Assembly (NCBI GenBank): GCA_038816475.1
Contig: JAWBAI010000010.1
Span: 1-43,661, forward strand
Length of the DNA: 43,661 bases
Source of the DNA: Desulfurococcaceae archaeon
GTDB taxonomy: Archaea; Thermoproteota; Thermoprotei_A; Sulfolobales; Desulfurococcaceae
Reading direction: 5' to 3'
Below are positions 20,901 through 30,077 of the stretch, piece by piece. A program made the translations under genes and the position numbers. The first letter of the stretch is position 1; each line of letters opens with the position of its first letter. The notes beneath the pieces are model-generated. The model worked only from the letters and a program-made list of their open reading frames with translations. It ran no database searches and was not told where the DNA came from.

Positions 20901-21058
20901 ACCCGGAGAACTACATTGTATGCAATGTAGCTGGCATGGAAAACCCGGACAAATCATCATGGATTACGATATGCGAAAGCTACGGAAAACTCAGAAAACA
21001 GTTGATTGTAAGAACCAAAGAGGAGAGAGTAGCTAAGCTCTTCTTCGACTCATACTAG
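17900..21058 (+). CDS. SNF2-family helicase fused to C-terminal DUF3883-like PD-(D/E)xK nuclease
   Basis: GDEVGLGKT, IDEAH, LSATP, RRTK, VFSEYRDT, STDIASEGLNL, YDVPWSP, QRIGRVYR; C-terminal PYD...IEVKSH...ELTPAE. Confidence 0.9.
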   Translation: MSLDAGSDQIHALLRVITKPLFKYNPFFTLYINPFYEPPSPDITSRPYYNYIHQVSLLLDMIPRTRVKVLIGDEVGLGKTVEAIRLIKYLVTTNQANKILIIAPKALIKQWIYHDMRDLLYAPGYVKRITRKKIDNILESFRRGLIRKAVFLVPIDLAKRGSMDKHAWGGFKPYYEFISSLDWDLVVIDEAHQLGFTPPLSLRTKRLAPVCTKAKHLVLLSATPSRGTHEDMLGRVSLLIPELEGKVKEIAKRSDERRQLYRVLSNYIVYRRTKDFVNELEGRRVFPELSALMALIKLGDKKELYQELNKVLSEILKHLNVKPVELVKIIVLKRALSSPWSFIKTITRVLERGSSQQGSRLSSKLLDELFTESKVDEVVEEALRSVVGKLPSSMLYKVSELLLEFENLYREGDPCVKALAHLLYHVLVNPGYLPRDLLGDYVVFSEYRDTVEYVFNYLVDFFRSRGFKASDVKQLIIERTLKKYHEKKDLSSTRKYSSLLDNSMEILVDETMGKWIILVKLSSLNQDVIHLLPEVFELAEEIVGASVLKVLISTDIASEGLNLHQFNVVVNYDVPWSPVKREQRIGRVYRLRQVRNCTVIDFVRDVEVDYEFYTKLVLKLLNMIEQRITSKPLEGVIELHVLKKQQSSEEYLQVLEKDIASALCRVYEDYYSPVNRRPLSEILNNIRAELAKKLIKYRDLYEELAPSSKSVESTKRYVKELTGCSDHEHFTRVVCALFELLYKTPCTLKPGSEPRLLLRIYDKLREANTSLLDSELVLVVREPRVEKGFLGVVDLYVNGSIRYSTPVLVLYRNGESKLVHGVELLEWLVEGLRKGLIGLTRVSSRTSTDDERSFEENVRKLVESIEFLFFERIFSKSFDVSKLTGEQLVEYPKIEAKLSSPVIRVIGAVGLAEYEEFLSGLPEEMKAQMERESVEHVKSIYEMKGCNVLEVNIGVPKPYDMLVECLENGEAKVLMIEVKSHLKKVLVAELTPAETELAEKNPENYIVCNVAGMENPDKSSWITICESYGKLRKQLIVRTKEERVAKLFFDSY

Positions 21059-21097
21059 AGAAAGTTCAACGTTCACCGTTCGTAGGGGCTTTTACTA

Positions 21098-21171
<74 letters not shown>

Positions 21172-21238
21172 TCTACCCGCATAATTATTCCACTAGAAAC
21201 GGGTTTATATTTTATTCCTGGTTGTTCCCGCTGTTTAT

Positions 21239-22258
21239 CTAATACTTGCCGAGTGCTGCTTTGAGAGTTAAAATGTACTTGGCTGCAGCATCTGCTGCTA
21301 TCGCCCCTTCAGCGGCTGCTGTAATTATCTGCTCGAACTTGTACTTGTATGGTCCACCGGCTGCGTCTCCGGCTACGTATATACCTGGTTGATTAGTGCT
21401 CATGTCAATGTTTACTTTTACACGGCCTTCCTCGTCTACTTCTAGACCAATTTTCTTGAAGAACTCCGTGTTAGGTTTTAATCCTATTTCAACGAATACT
21501 CCGTCAACTGGTATAATGCGTTCTTCCCCTGTTCTAGTGTTCTCTACTCTTATGGCTTCAACGCGCTCTTCTCCTATGATCTCCTTTACAACGGTATCTG
21601 TTAAGAGCTCGATTCGTGGATTGCTCATTGCTGCATCCACGTAGACTTTGAACGCTCTGAACGAGCTTCTTCTGTGTATTAAGTAAACCTTGGATGCGTA
21701 GTTTGATAAGAAGAGAGCACTGGTGAACGCTGAGTTTCCACCACCAACAACAGCTACAGTTTTGTTCTTGAAGAGAGGTCCATCGCAAACAGCACAGTAA
21801 GAAACACCTTTTCCAGTCAGCTTATCCTCGCCGGGTACACCGAGTTTTCTCTTTTCACTACCAGTTGCAATTACAACTGCAAAAGCGCATATTTCCTGTT
21901 TTAAACTCCTGGTTTCAATGCACCATAGATTACTCGTGGAGGGTTTCCGATACACGTTTACAACTTCGTCTAGAACTATTGGAACATTGTACTTCTCCAC
22001 GTGCTTTATAAACTTGTCAGCCAAGTCGTTGCCAGAGACATCGGGTATACCGAGGTAGTCGTCTACTAGAGGAGCCTCTGTTATCAAACCACCCAGCTTC
22101 TTGGTTATCAAGATCACGTCGAGTCCGTACCTTGCAGCGTAGAGTGCAGCTGTTAATCCAGCAGGTCCACCACCAACCACGATGACATCGTACTGCTGCT
22201 TCAACTGGTGTTCTCTTCTGAGTGCCATGAAAGTACCTGTTCTCAGCTTGAATGACAC
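21239..22258 (-). CDS. trxB: Thioredoxin reductase
   Basis: GGGPAGLTAA, GVSYCAVCDG, VVGGGNSA, IHRR, AGD. Confidence 0.95.
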   Translation of the reverse strand: MSFKLRTGTFMALRREHQLKQQYDVIVVGGGPAGLTAALYAARYGLDVILITKKLGGLITEAPLVDDYLGIPDVSGNDLADKFIKHVEKYNVPIVLDEVVNVYRKPSTSNLWCIETRSLKQEICAFAVVIATGSEKRKLGVPGEDKLTGKGVSYCAVCDGPLFKNKTVAVVGGGNSAFTSALFLSNYASKVYLIHRRSSFRAFKVYVDAAMSNPRIELLTDTVVKEIIGEERVEAIRVENTRTGEERIIPVDGVFVEIGLKPNTEFFKKIGLEVDEEGRVKVNIDMSTNQPGIYVAGDAAGGPYKYKFEQIITAAAEGAIAADAAAKYILTLKAALGKY

Positions 22259-22288
22259 GTCTTCACCACCTTACAGAACTTACACTCT

Positions 22289-22750
22289 TCACTTTTTCAA
22301 CTTTAGTAACTCGTAGACAATAATACCCGCGATGGCTACTGATGGCATTCCACGGGGAACACCCTTAATCCAGGCTATTTTCGCTTTCTCTAGTTCTCTT
22401 CGACTAGGTTCTAGCTCACCAGAGCTCATCATTATTGCGATTTTACCGCAGGATCCACTGCTCACGAGATCTACGGGGTCAATCTCCTCTCCCTCATCTG
22501 ATATGTAGTAGATGCAGTCACACCCCAGCACGTTAACTAAGTCGCTTATTTCGGGTAGAACTATCAGCGGTTTGTTAAGCTTGTAGGATATCTTGTGTGC
22601 TTCAGGAATTCCTACTTGTGCAGCGGCACCCATGGGTTTCACTATTACTGGAGTGAAGTTACCCGTGTAAACCGTTTTCAGAAAATCCAGTAGTTTCTGA
22701 ACACTGCTCGGTGCGTAGAGAACCAGGTGTAGAGTACTCAAATTAATCAC
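22289..22750 (-). CDS. DUF2122-type protein (annotated RecB-family; SPOUT-like)
   Basis: SSVQKLLDF, GAAAQVGIPEAHK, LIVLPEISD; C-terminal MPSVAIAGIIVYEL resembles a SPOUT terminus. Confidence 0.65.
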   Translation of the reverse strand: MINLSTLHLVLYAPSSVQKLLDFLKTVYTGNFTPVIVKPMGAAAQVGIPEAHKISYKLNKPLIVLPEISDLVNVLGCDCIYYISDEGEEIDPVDLVSSGSCGKIAIMMSSGELEPSRRELEKAKIAWIKGVPRGMPSVAIAGIIVYELLKLKK

Positions 22751-22754
22751 CTAG

Positions 22755-23729
22755 CTATACTTCATCAAGGTATTTTAAAACCTCCTCGGCAACGCTCCTA
22801 GCTAAGGGTACTGGAACAGCTTCGCCAACCATGTTGTACTGAACATCTCTACCACCAATAAACACGAAGTCATCTGGGAACCCCATCAACCTAGCTTGCT
22901 CTCTAACCGTGAGAAGCCTGTTTTCAAAGGGATGAATAAACCTGGATGAACCAAGCACGGGTGGAGCTAAATCGTAGGGATTAAGCTTGATCAAGTTGGG
23001 TAGAACTTCTTTGGCTCCATGGTAGTGTACAAGTGCTTGACCCCACTTCAGCTTTGAAGCTTTCTTCAGCTTTCTCCAGGGGAGATCAGGCGGTGGTTCA
23101 TGGTTAAATACATATGGAGTTCCCGGAGGGGGTAGATCACTGAGCACGTCCTTGACCATCAATCTTCTTTTAACTGGTGAAGGTTTAATGGGAATATTCG
23201 AAATGAATACTCTCGTGCGTCTACTGGGGTTACCATAGTTCTCAGCGCGTAGTACATTGAAGTACACTGTTGAGTAACCTGCCCCCTTGAACTCTCGGAT
23301 AACAGCGTCTTTTAAGCCGTTTTCCATTATTGCAGGCACATTCTCCATTACGAAAACCCTTGGTTTATAGTAGCTTACTATCCGAATAAAGTGTAGTGCG
23401 AGTTGACCCTGGGGATCAGTGTAGAGTCTATCAAGAGGGTTCTTTGCTCTTCGGGGATTAGCGCCGGTGAACGGTTCGCAAGGTGGACTCCCAATAATCA
23501 AGTCAACTTCATCGGGCTTCACAACGCTGAAGAGTAGCTTACTGTCGATATCCCTGATGTCCTCCGCTAGAACAAGCGCACCCGGGAAGTTTACCTTGTA
23601 CGTCAATGCAGCGAATTTAAAGTTATCTACTGCTAGTACAGGTGTAAACCTACCTGTAGCTGTAAATCCTAGTGAAAAACCACCAGCACCTGAGAATAAG
23701 TCTATGTACTTATACTTTGGTTTTGGCAA
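22755..23729 (-). CDS. C5-cytosine methyltransferase (orphan)
   Basis: DLFSGAGG, GSPPCEPF, MENVP, RTRVF, REQARLMGFPDDF, GEAVP. Confidence 0.92.
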   Translation of the reverse strand: MPKPKYKYIDLFSGAGGFSLGFTATGRFTPVLAVDNFKFAALTYKVNFPGALVLAEDIRDIDSKLLFSVVKPDEVDLIIGSPPCEPFTGANPRRAKNPLDRLYTDPQGQLALHFIRIVSYYKPRVFVMENVPAIMENGLKDAVIREFKGAGYSTVYFNVLRAENYGNPSRRTRVFISNIPIKPSPVKRRLMVKDVLSDLPPPGTPYVFNHEPPPDLPWRKLKKASKLKWGQALVHYHGAKEVLPNLIKLNPYDLAPPVLGSSRFIHPFENRLLTVREQARLMGFPDDFVFIGGRDVQYNMVGEAVPVPLARSVAEEVLKYLDEV

Positions 23730-24300
23730 CTTTGATACGCTCCAAACTATTAATAGCGCTGTTTATTCTCCTTATAAGGTTCTTCAGTTCTTCCGCATAC
23801 TTACTTACGTTGAACTCTTGGAGAAGTTCTCCATCGTGCGGACACGTTAGATCTAGTGCATAAGCGTTGTCAGCTGAAAACACTCTTTTACACTTAGGGC
23901 ACTCGTACAACTGGTTTTCCTGACTATACTTTAACAGAAGTTCAAGGTTCTCCTTGGCTTTCCTAAGCCTGTTGAGCAGGAACAGTTTTAAGGCAGGTTC
24001 ATTTAATTTCCATATGTGTAGTGTTCCGTTCTCTGTACGAAGTTTACCGGGTACTATTATAGCCTCCTCCGACATCTTCTGTAGAATTCTTCGACCTTCG
24101 TTCGACCTTACTCCAGTAGTGTTTGATATGGTTTCTTCGGCTACGTATCCATTGTTGAGTATGTAGTCAAATAGTACTTGAGCTTCTTTACCGTATACTC
24201 TACTCAAGACGAGCTTTAATGCGTCCATCATATCGCTACTTTCGTCAGAGGCTATGTTTTGAGCCTTTGTGGAATCTTTATAAGCAGGTTTACTACTCAA
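23710..24300 (-). CDS. tfe: Transcription factor E alpha
   Basis: wHTH (AEETIS...RSNEGRRILQKM), coiled segment, Zn ribbon YECPKC...LTCPHDG. Confidence 0.85.
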   Translation of the reverse strand: MSSKPAYKDSTKAQNIASDESSDMMDALKLVLSRVYGKEAQVLFDYILNNGYVAEETISNTTGVRSNEGRRILQKMSEEAIIVPGKLRTENGTLHIWKLNEPALKLFLLNRLRKAKENLELLLKYSQENQLYECPKCKRVFSADNAYALDLTCPHDGELLQEFNVSKYAEELKNLIRRINSAINSLERIKVAKTKV

Positions 24301-24463
24301 GTTTCACCACCATACTGTTATTTACTTTAAAGGTTTATTTTTTCACTACTATTCTAAGGAACTGTTCATTGAAATTCTTTAATTGACTATGTAAATAAAG
24401 CTTATATAGAAGCCATCTTATCTAATGCAAATGGCTTAAAGTCAAAGTTTATGGTGAAAAGTA

Positions 24464-26113
24464 ATGGCGGCAGCAGTTGAACCAACAGGTATACCCGTAC
24501 TCATATTGAAGGAGGGTACTCAGAGAACAGCGGGTAGAGATGCACTCAGAATAAACATAATGGCAGCTCGAGCAGTTGCTGAAATGGTTAAGACAACGTA
24601 TGGACCAAAAGGCATGGACAAAATGCTCGTAGACGCTCTTGGAGACGTAACTATAACCAACGATGGTGCTACAATACTGGATAAAGCCGAGATTCAGCAC
24701 CCAGCTGCAAAAATGCTCGTTCACACAGCTAAAAGCCAGGATGCAGAAGTTGGTGACGGCACCAAAAGAGCCGTAATCCTCGCTGGTGAGCTCTTAAGGT
24801 ACGCCGAAGAACTCTTAAGCAAGAACATTCATCCAACAGTAATCATATCTGGATATAGAAAAGCCATGGAAGAAGCCCTCAGAGTTCTGGATCAAATAGC
24901 TTTACCAATAGATATTGAAAACTACGATATTCTGAAAAAAGTTGCTATGACAGCTTTAACTAGTAAAGCTGTGCACGACGCTCGCGAGCACTTCGCTGAA
25001 ATAGCCGTTAAAGCTGTTAAGCAAGTAGCTGAGCAACGTGGTGACAAGATCTACATTGACATAGACAACGTTCAGACCATCAAGAAGTACGGAGGTTCAC
25101 TAATGGATACACAACTAGTATACGGCATAGTACTAGACAAGGAGGTTGTACATCCGGGTATGCCTAGAAGAGTTGAGAAAGCTAAAATAGCGCTACTCGA
25201 TGCACCACTCGAGATCGAGAAACCGGAGATAGACGCCGAGATCAGAATAAGCGATCCATCTCAGCTTAAAGCCTTCTTACAGCAGGAAGAGGAGATACTC
25301 TCTAAGTTGGTAGAGAAGATAGCTGAGGTCGGTGCTAATGTTGTTATAACACAGAAGGGTATTGATGAGGTTGCTCAGCACTTCCTTGCTAAGAAGGGTA
25401 TTCTGGCTGTTAGAAGAGTCAAGAGAAGTGACCTCGAGAAGCTGGAGAGAGCAACGGGAGGGAGAATAGTTAGCAACATCGATGATCTGAAGCCAGAGGA
25501 CCTTGGATACGCAGAGCTTGTAGAGGAGAGAAAGGTTGGAGAAGACAAGATGGTGTTCGTTGAGGGGTGCAAGAACCCAAGGTCCGTTAGCATAGTTATT
25601 AGAGGTGGACTTGAGAGACTGGTGGACGAAGCAGAGAGAAGCTTAAGAGATGCTCTATCAGCTGTTGCAGATGCGCTCAGAGATGGAAAGATCGTTGCGG
25701 GTGGTGGCGCGGTTGAAATGGAATTAGCTAAGCACCTGAGAAAGTATGCTGTTAAAATAGGTGGAAAAGAACAGCTTGCTATCGAAGCTTTCGCTAAGGC
25801 TCTAGAGGGATTAGTAGTTACAATGGTTGAGAACGCGGGATTAGACCCTGTTGACATGATAATGAAACTCAGAGCATCGCATGAGAAGGAAGATGGAAGG
25901 TTCATTGGTGTAAACCTCGATACAGGAGACCTCGAGAACATGTACGAGAAGGGTGTAATTGAGCCTTTGAGCATTATAGCAACAGCGGTGAAGAGCGGTA
26001 CAGAGGCTGCAACTATAATACTCAGAATAGACGACATCATTGCAGCTAGTAAACTTGAAAAGAAAGAAGAAGCTGGCAAGAAACCCGAGGAAGAGAAAAA
26101 GGAAGAAGAATAA
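24464..26113 (+). CDS. thsB: Thermosome (group II chaperonin) subunit, beta-like
   Basis: [41 protein letters not shown]; acidic tail. TTYGPKGM and EPxGIP point to the beta type. Confidence 0.92.
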   Translation: MAAAVEPTGIPVLILKEGTQRTAGRDALRINIMAARAVAEMVKTTYGPKGMDKMLVDALGDVTITNDGATILDKAEIQHPAAKMLVHTAKSQDAEVGDGTKRAVILAGELLRYAEELLSKNIHPTVIISGYRKAMEEALRVLDQIALPIDIENYDILKKVAMTALTSKAVHDAREHFAEIAVKAVKQVAEQRGDKIYIDIDNVQTIKKYGGSLMDTQLVYGIVLDKEVVHPGMPRRVEKAKIALLDAPLEIEKPEIDAEIRISDPSQLKAFLQQEEEILSKLVEKIAEVGANVVITQKGIDEVAQHFLAKKGILAVRRVKRSDLEKLERATGGRIVSNIDDLKPEDLGYAELVEERKVGEDKMVFVEGCKNPRSVSIVIRGGLERLVDEAERSLRDALSAVADALRDGKIVAGGGAVEMELAKHLRKYAVKIGGKEQLAIEAFAKALEGLVVTMVENAGLDPVDMIMKLRASHEKEDGRFIGVNLDTGDLENMYEKGVIEPLSIIATAVKSGTEAATIILRIDDIIAASKLEKKEEAGKKPEEEKKEEE

Positions 26114-26129
26114 AGCTGTAGTTTTTAAG

Positions 26130-27221
26130 TTACTCAACTTTTATAAGAACAGCTTTTTTAAGTGTAGGTGTAGAGTAGACAGCTTCTCCTGGTTCTAAAT
26201 ACGGGATCACCGAGACCGTGTTTTCATCCAAGTATAGAGACTTTTCCAGAATATCCAGGTCTATTTTGGATTTAACTGCATGCACGACCTTGGTGTTCGT
26301 ATTGACTAGTACGTCCTCGGATATTTGCGAAATAGACTGCGAAATCACTACTAATCCTACTTGAAACTTTCTCACTTCTCTAAGCATATCGCAAATAGGC
26401 TTTACCGGTTGATTTTTAGATAGGAAATTCTGAGCTTCTTCGATCACGATTAATAATGGAAGGCTAAGACTAATTGCCGAGTCAACAACCTTTTTTACGT
26501 AGAAAGCGGAGTAAAGCTTTCTAACGCTTAAATCTAATATGCGGTTTACGTTTACGATGAATGGTTTACCAGTGTGCTTGCCAACGAGCTGCAGGTTTTT
26601 GCCGCTATTCTTGTACAGCTTAAACAGCTGGTCATAACCATACCTTGCAAGAATACTAAGTTTTCTGTGTAGCGAAAGCTTTGTTTCTCTCATCCAACTT
26701 GATTCCTCAGGATAAGCCTCCAGGTAATCTATGAAGGTTTCAATGGATTTCATCTTCGAAATGTCTACTTTTCTGATGACTTTTTCGAGAAGATACTCCT
26801 GAGAAGATGTTAGTTCAAGTACACTTGAAATTATTGATAGATCCGAGGGATCCCCCGTGAACAGCTCTAGCGGAGTCTCAAACGGGTTGATTACCTCGTA
26901 GTCGTCTAGTAGCTTAGAGTATTCACCCTGCCAATCCACAATGATAACGGGGATAGAAAGTTTTTCAGCAACACGCTTAGCTAATAGTGAAGCTGTAAAA
27001 GATTTTCCTGAACCAGTAGTACCCGAAATTAGGATGTGCCGGTAGAGAGCTGACTTGTAAAGTCTTGCCGGGCACTCAGGATGACTGCTGATAGTTCTAC
27101 CTATAACAACGTACTCGTCGTTATCTGAATAAGTAGCTTCGGTGGGTACATTCTGTGTAGGATACTTAACCCTATGTTCAAACCCCAGCAGTATTGGTGA
27201 TTCCAACATCATTCTTCTCAT
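26130..27221 (-). CDS. HerA/FtsK/VirB4-like ATPase (DUF87), lacking HAS barrel
   Basis: RHILISGTTGSGKS, VDWQGEY, IEEAQN, REVRKFQVGLVVISQ, NTNT, LEPGEA. Confidence 0.85.
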   Translation of the reverse strand: MRRMMLESPILLGFEHRVKYPTQNVPTEATYSDNDEYVVIGRTISSHPECPARLYKSALYRHILISGTTGSGKSFTASLLAKRVAEKLSIPVIIVDWQGEYSKLLDDYEVINPFETPLELFTGDPSDLSIISSVLELTSSQEYLLEKVIRKVDISKMKSIETFIDYLEAYPEESSWMRETKLSLHRKLSILARYGYDQLFKLYKNSGKNLQLVGKHTGKPFIVNVNRILDLSVRKLYSAFYVKKVVDSAISLSLPLLIVIEEAQNFLSKNQPVKPICDMLREVRKFQVGLVVISQSISQISEDVLVNTNTKVVHAVKSKIDLDILEKSLYLDENTVSVIPYLEPGEAVYSTPTLKKAVLIKVE

Positions 27222-27547
27222 AAAAAATTTCTTATACCACCAATTATTCTGGATATTGCATCGTTAGCAACCGGCTCAATATCAATAGATCTAAAGCTTG
27301 AACGTACTAATGTTACGAGAAGATTAGCTTCTCTGAGAACTTCTTCCTTGTCTCCTCTGAGGATTATTAGCCCTCTACTATCCCCACGGATAATCTTGGA
27401 TACAACAATGAACTCAACACCTTTGCTCAGCTGGGATCTCGTCTTTAGAATCTCGCTCAGCTTTTTAACCTCCTCATCTACAATGCCATCGTTCTCGTTG
27501 ATATACCTATACAGTCTTAGTGCGGTTTCAAACATTACAAACCCCAT
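27218..27547 (-). CDS. Hypothetical protein coupled to the HerA-like ATPase
   Basis: 109 aa; 4-nt overlap with the ATPase gene. Confidence 0.7.
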   Translation of the reverse strand: MGFVMFETALRLYRYINENDGIVDEEVKKLSEILKTRSQLSKGVEFIVVSKIIRGDSRGLIILRGDKEEVLREANLLVTLVRSSFRSIDIEPVANDAISRIIGGIRNFL

Positions 27548-27647
27548 TGTAGAAATAGCACGGTTTTAAACCGAATAGTGTGGAAGGTGTGGGTCTTGAC
27601 GTTACTGAAAATCTCATAAAGTGCTTAGTAAGATTGCTACTTAGTTT

Positions 27648-27995
27648 CTACTTAACTAAGTTAAGACCCAGGTAAAGGTGATCTAGAGCTTTATATTCCA
27701 GCGGATTCTTGCTCTTCAAAACCACGAGAAACCCGTGCAGTGATATTACAACTCTGTGAATGTCGCTCAGCTTTGTATTCGATATAACGTAACCATGAGC
27801 ACAGTAGTAGTAGTTTAGGCACTCGTCTTTGCTTGTGGATAAGCTAATGATCAGCTTTGAACCCTTTTGCGGGATCTCAACTACGTCCTCGTGGAGCTCT
27901 ATTTCGAGATCGAGATCACCGCAGACACTTTTTACTCTATATACTTTGGGGATTCTCAAGGGAACAACATCGTTAATTGCACATTCGAGCTTCAA
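27648..27995 (-). CDS. rpo8: RNA polymerase subunit Rpo8 (RpoG)
   Basis: OB-fold pattern with YCAHGYV and VISLHGFLV as in crenarchaeal RpoG; divergent from SmAP3. Confidence 0.8.
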   Translation of the reverse strand: MKLECAINDVVPLRIPKVYRVKSVCGDLDLEIELHEDVVEIPQKGSKLIISLSTSKDECLNYYYCAHGYVISNTKLSDIHRVVISLHGFLVVLKSKNPLEYKALDHLYLGLNLVK

Positions 27996-28062
27996 ATTAT
28001 TTCACCTTAGATTAAACCTAATTAAAAAACGTTTTAAGTGTATAAAAATGTAGGGTGACAGC

Positions 28063-28506
28063 TTGACTGTAGTGGAAGCTTCGAGAAGGCTTATTAACGA
28101 GCTATCCGTAATGCTAGACAAAAAGGTTAAGATAGTACTTGACACTGGAAAGTACTACGAGGGTATTCTCGCAGGTTTTGATCACCCGTCTCTCAACGTT
28201 CTCTTAAAGTATGCTACGGATTCTGAGGGATTGAAATACCCCAGAATCATCATTAAAGGAGAGCGAATATCCGAGATCATCGTGATGGAAGAACCAATAT
28301 TTGATCCGGAGGAGTTCAAGGAAGTAATCCTAAGAGAGCTAAAAATACCAGAGCACTCCGTTAGAGTTATACCCGATGCACGAGCCATCGAGGTTCTTGG
28401 AAGGTACAGGATCAGTGAAGAGGGGGTCATGGGTTCAGGTCCCATGGCTGAAACGCTATTTAGTCTATACAAGAGATATATTGAGCAGAAGAAGAAGGCT
28501 ACGTAG
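28063..28506 (+). CDS. Lsm/Sm-like protein SmAP3
   Basis: Sm1/Sm2 motifs (LDKKVKIVL..G..YEGIL.GFD..LNVLL; IIIKGERISEI) plus C-terminal extension FDPEEF. Confidence 0.88.
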   Translation: MTVVEASRRLINELSVMLDKKVKIVLDTGKYYEGILAGFDHPSLNVLLKYATDSEGLKYPRIIIKGERISEIIVMEEPIFDPEEFKEVILRELKIPEHSVRVIPDARAIEVLGRYRISEEGVMGSGPMAETLFSLYKRYIEQKKKAT

Positions 28507-28514
28507 GGGCTAGA

Positions 28515-30077
28515 ATTGTTTTTGAGGTAAAAAGAGTAGACTTAGCTGGTCGAATAGGTAAGCTCACAACAAGACATGGAACACTGGAAACACCGTTTTT
28601 GTTCCCAGTAGTAGATCCAACACGGCAAGTACCGTCTCTCGGCAAGATCTACGAAATAGGGTTTAACGGTATTATCACAAACGCATACTTATTCTACAAG
28701 AGGAACCAAGGACTGGTTAAAAGTCTACACGATGAGCTCGGCTGGAAGCACACTATTATGACAGACTCTGGTGGTTACCAGATACTTATCTATGGTGGTG
28801 TAGAAGTAGACAATAAAACAATTGTTAAGTACGAAGCTGAGATAGGAGCTGATATTGCCGTAATACTGGATGTGCCTACTGGTAGTAAGATGACCTACGA
28901 GGAAGCAGAGAAAGCAGTGTACGAAACCTACAAGAGGGGGATCGAAGCACTACCACTAATTGAGAACACGGAGGAAATGTGGGTTTACCCGGTTCAGGGA
29001 GCTCCCTACAAAGACCTGCTCTCGAGGTCAGCTGTACTCGCTAGGAAGCTTCCCTACGATATATACGCAGTAGGTTCTCCAACGGTAATGCTCGAGAAAT
29101 ACGAGTACCTTAAGCTCGTTGAAATGGTGATAACTGTAAAACTTCACCTACCTCCTAATAAGCCTCTTCACGTGTTCGGAGTTGGGCATCCCATGATAAT
29201 ACCGTTTTTGGTTGCAGCAGGAGCTGATCTGTTCGACTCTGCTAGCTACATACTCTACGCTAGAGATGAAAGGTATATGACAGAGTTTGGAACGAAGAAC
29301 CTCAAGGAACTCTCCTACTTTCCCTGCAGTTGTCCCGTGTGTTCAAAGTATACTCCACAGGAGCTTCTGGAGTTAAACCGTTCCGAGAGAATCGAATTAC
29401 TAGCAGTTCACAACCTTTACATGCTCAACAAGGAGATCCGAACAACCAAGCAGCATATCAAGGAGGGAAGACTCTGGGAGCTACTTGAGTACAAATCAAG
29501 AGGTCATCCAACGCTTCACATCGCATTCGAGTTTCTAAAGAAAAACGCCAAGCTACTAGAACGGTATTCTCCTACGTCTAATCCGGGTGGACGAGCAGTC
29601 TTTATGTACTCAGGTGATGAAGCATTGTATAATCCGCGTATTAGTGTAAACGTTAAGAGAGCCGAAGAATTAGCTTTAGCGGATGTTGAAAATAAAACCG
29701 TTGTTATCATACCAGCCTATAGAAAGCCATACACATCTCAGGAAGAGTTTCTCAAGGTTTTTGCTCTATCTGATAAATCTAGCAACGTAAAGATACTCTT
29801 CATACATCCTCTACTAGGTATTTTCACACCAGGGTTGGCTGTCACCTACCCGTTTTACCAGCACAAGTGCAAGTTTACAAGAACCCTAATTGATGAAAGC
29901 AAAGTTCGTGCCATGATCACGAGGATCCTTGACCGAAAACCAAGGAAGGTTATCGTAGTTGAATCCTCATGGTTGAATAGCAAACTGCTATCTGAATTAC
30001 GCGGTTTAACAAGAAACTCTGATGTTGAGTTAGTTATATGTAGGTTAAACGATGTCTCCTCTCATATTCTTCGCTGA
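28515..30077 (+). CDS. tgtA: Archaeosine tRNA-guanine(15) transglycosylase, no PUA domain; non-canonical start
   Basis: FEV..DLAGRIGKLTTRHGTLETP upstream of the ORF-track start; TDSGGYQ, ILDVPT, PVQG, HVFGVGHP, DLFDSASY, CSCPVC, HNL. Start placed at ATT 28515. Confidence 0.92.
   Translation: MVFEVKRVDLAGRIGKLTTRHGTLETPFLFPVVDPTRQVPSLGKIYEIGFNGIITNAYLFYKRNQGLVKSLHDELGWKHTIMTDSGGYQILIYGGVEVDNKTIVKYEAEIGADIAVILDVPTGSKMTYEEAEKAVYETYKRGIEALPLIENTEEMWVYPVQGAPYKDLLSRSAVLARKLPYDIYAVGSPTVMLEKYEYLKLVEMVITVKLHLPPNKPLHVFGVGHPMIIPFLVAAGADLFDSASYILYARDERYMTEFGTKNLKELSYFPCSCPVCSKYTPQELLELNRSERIELLAVHNLYMLNKEIRTTKQHIKEGRLWELLEYKSRGHPTLHIAFEFLKKNAKLLERYSPTSNPGGRAVFMYSGDEALYNPRISVNVKRAEELALADVENKTVVIIPAYRKPYTSQEEFLKVFALSDKSSNVKILFIHPLLGIFTPGLAVTYPFYQHKCKFTRTLIDESKVRAMITRILDRKPRKVIVVESSWLNSKLLSELRGLTRNSDVELVICRLNDVSSHILR

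Noticed and set aside
22289-23729. Type II restriction-modification pair (C5 MTase plus RecB-family gene)
   Set aside because: The downstream protein shows no clear PD-(D/E)xK motif, and the context is housekeeping.
25375-26079. 234-aa minus-strand ORF and similar short antisense ORFs across the window
   Set aside because: Ser/Leu-rich shadows of well-identified genes on the opposite strand.
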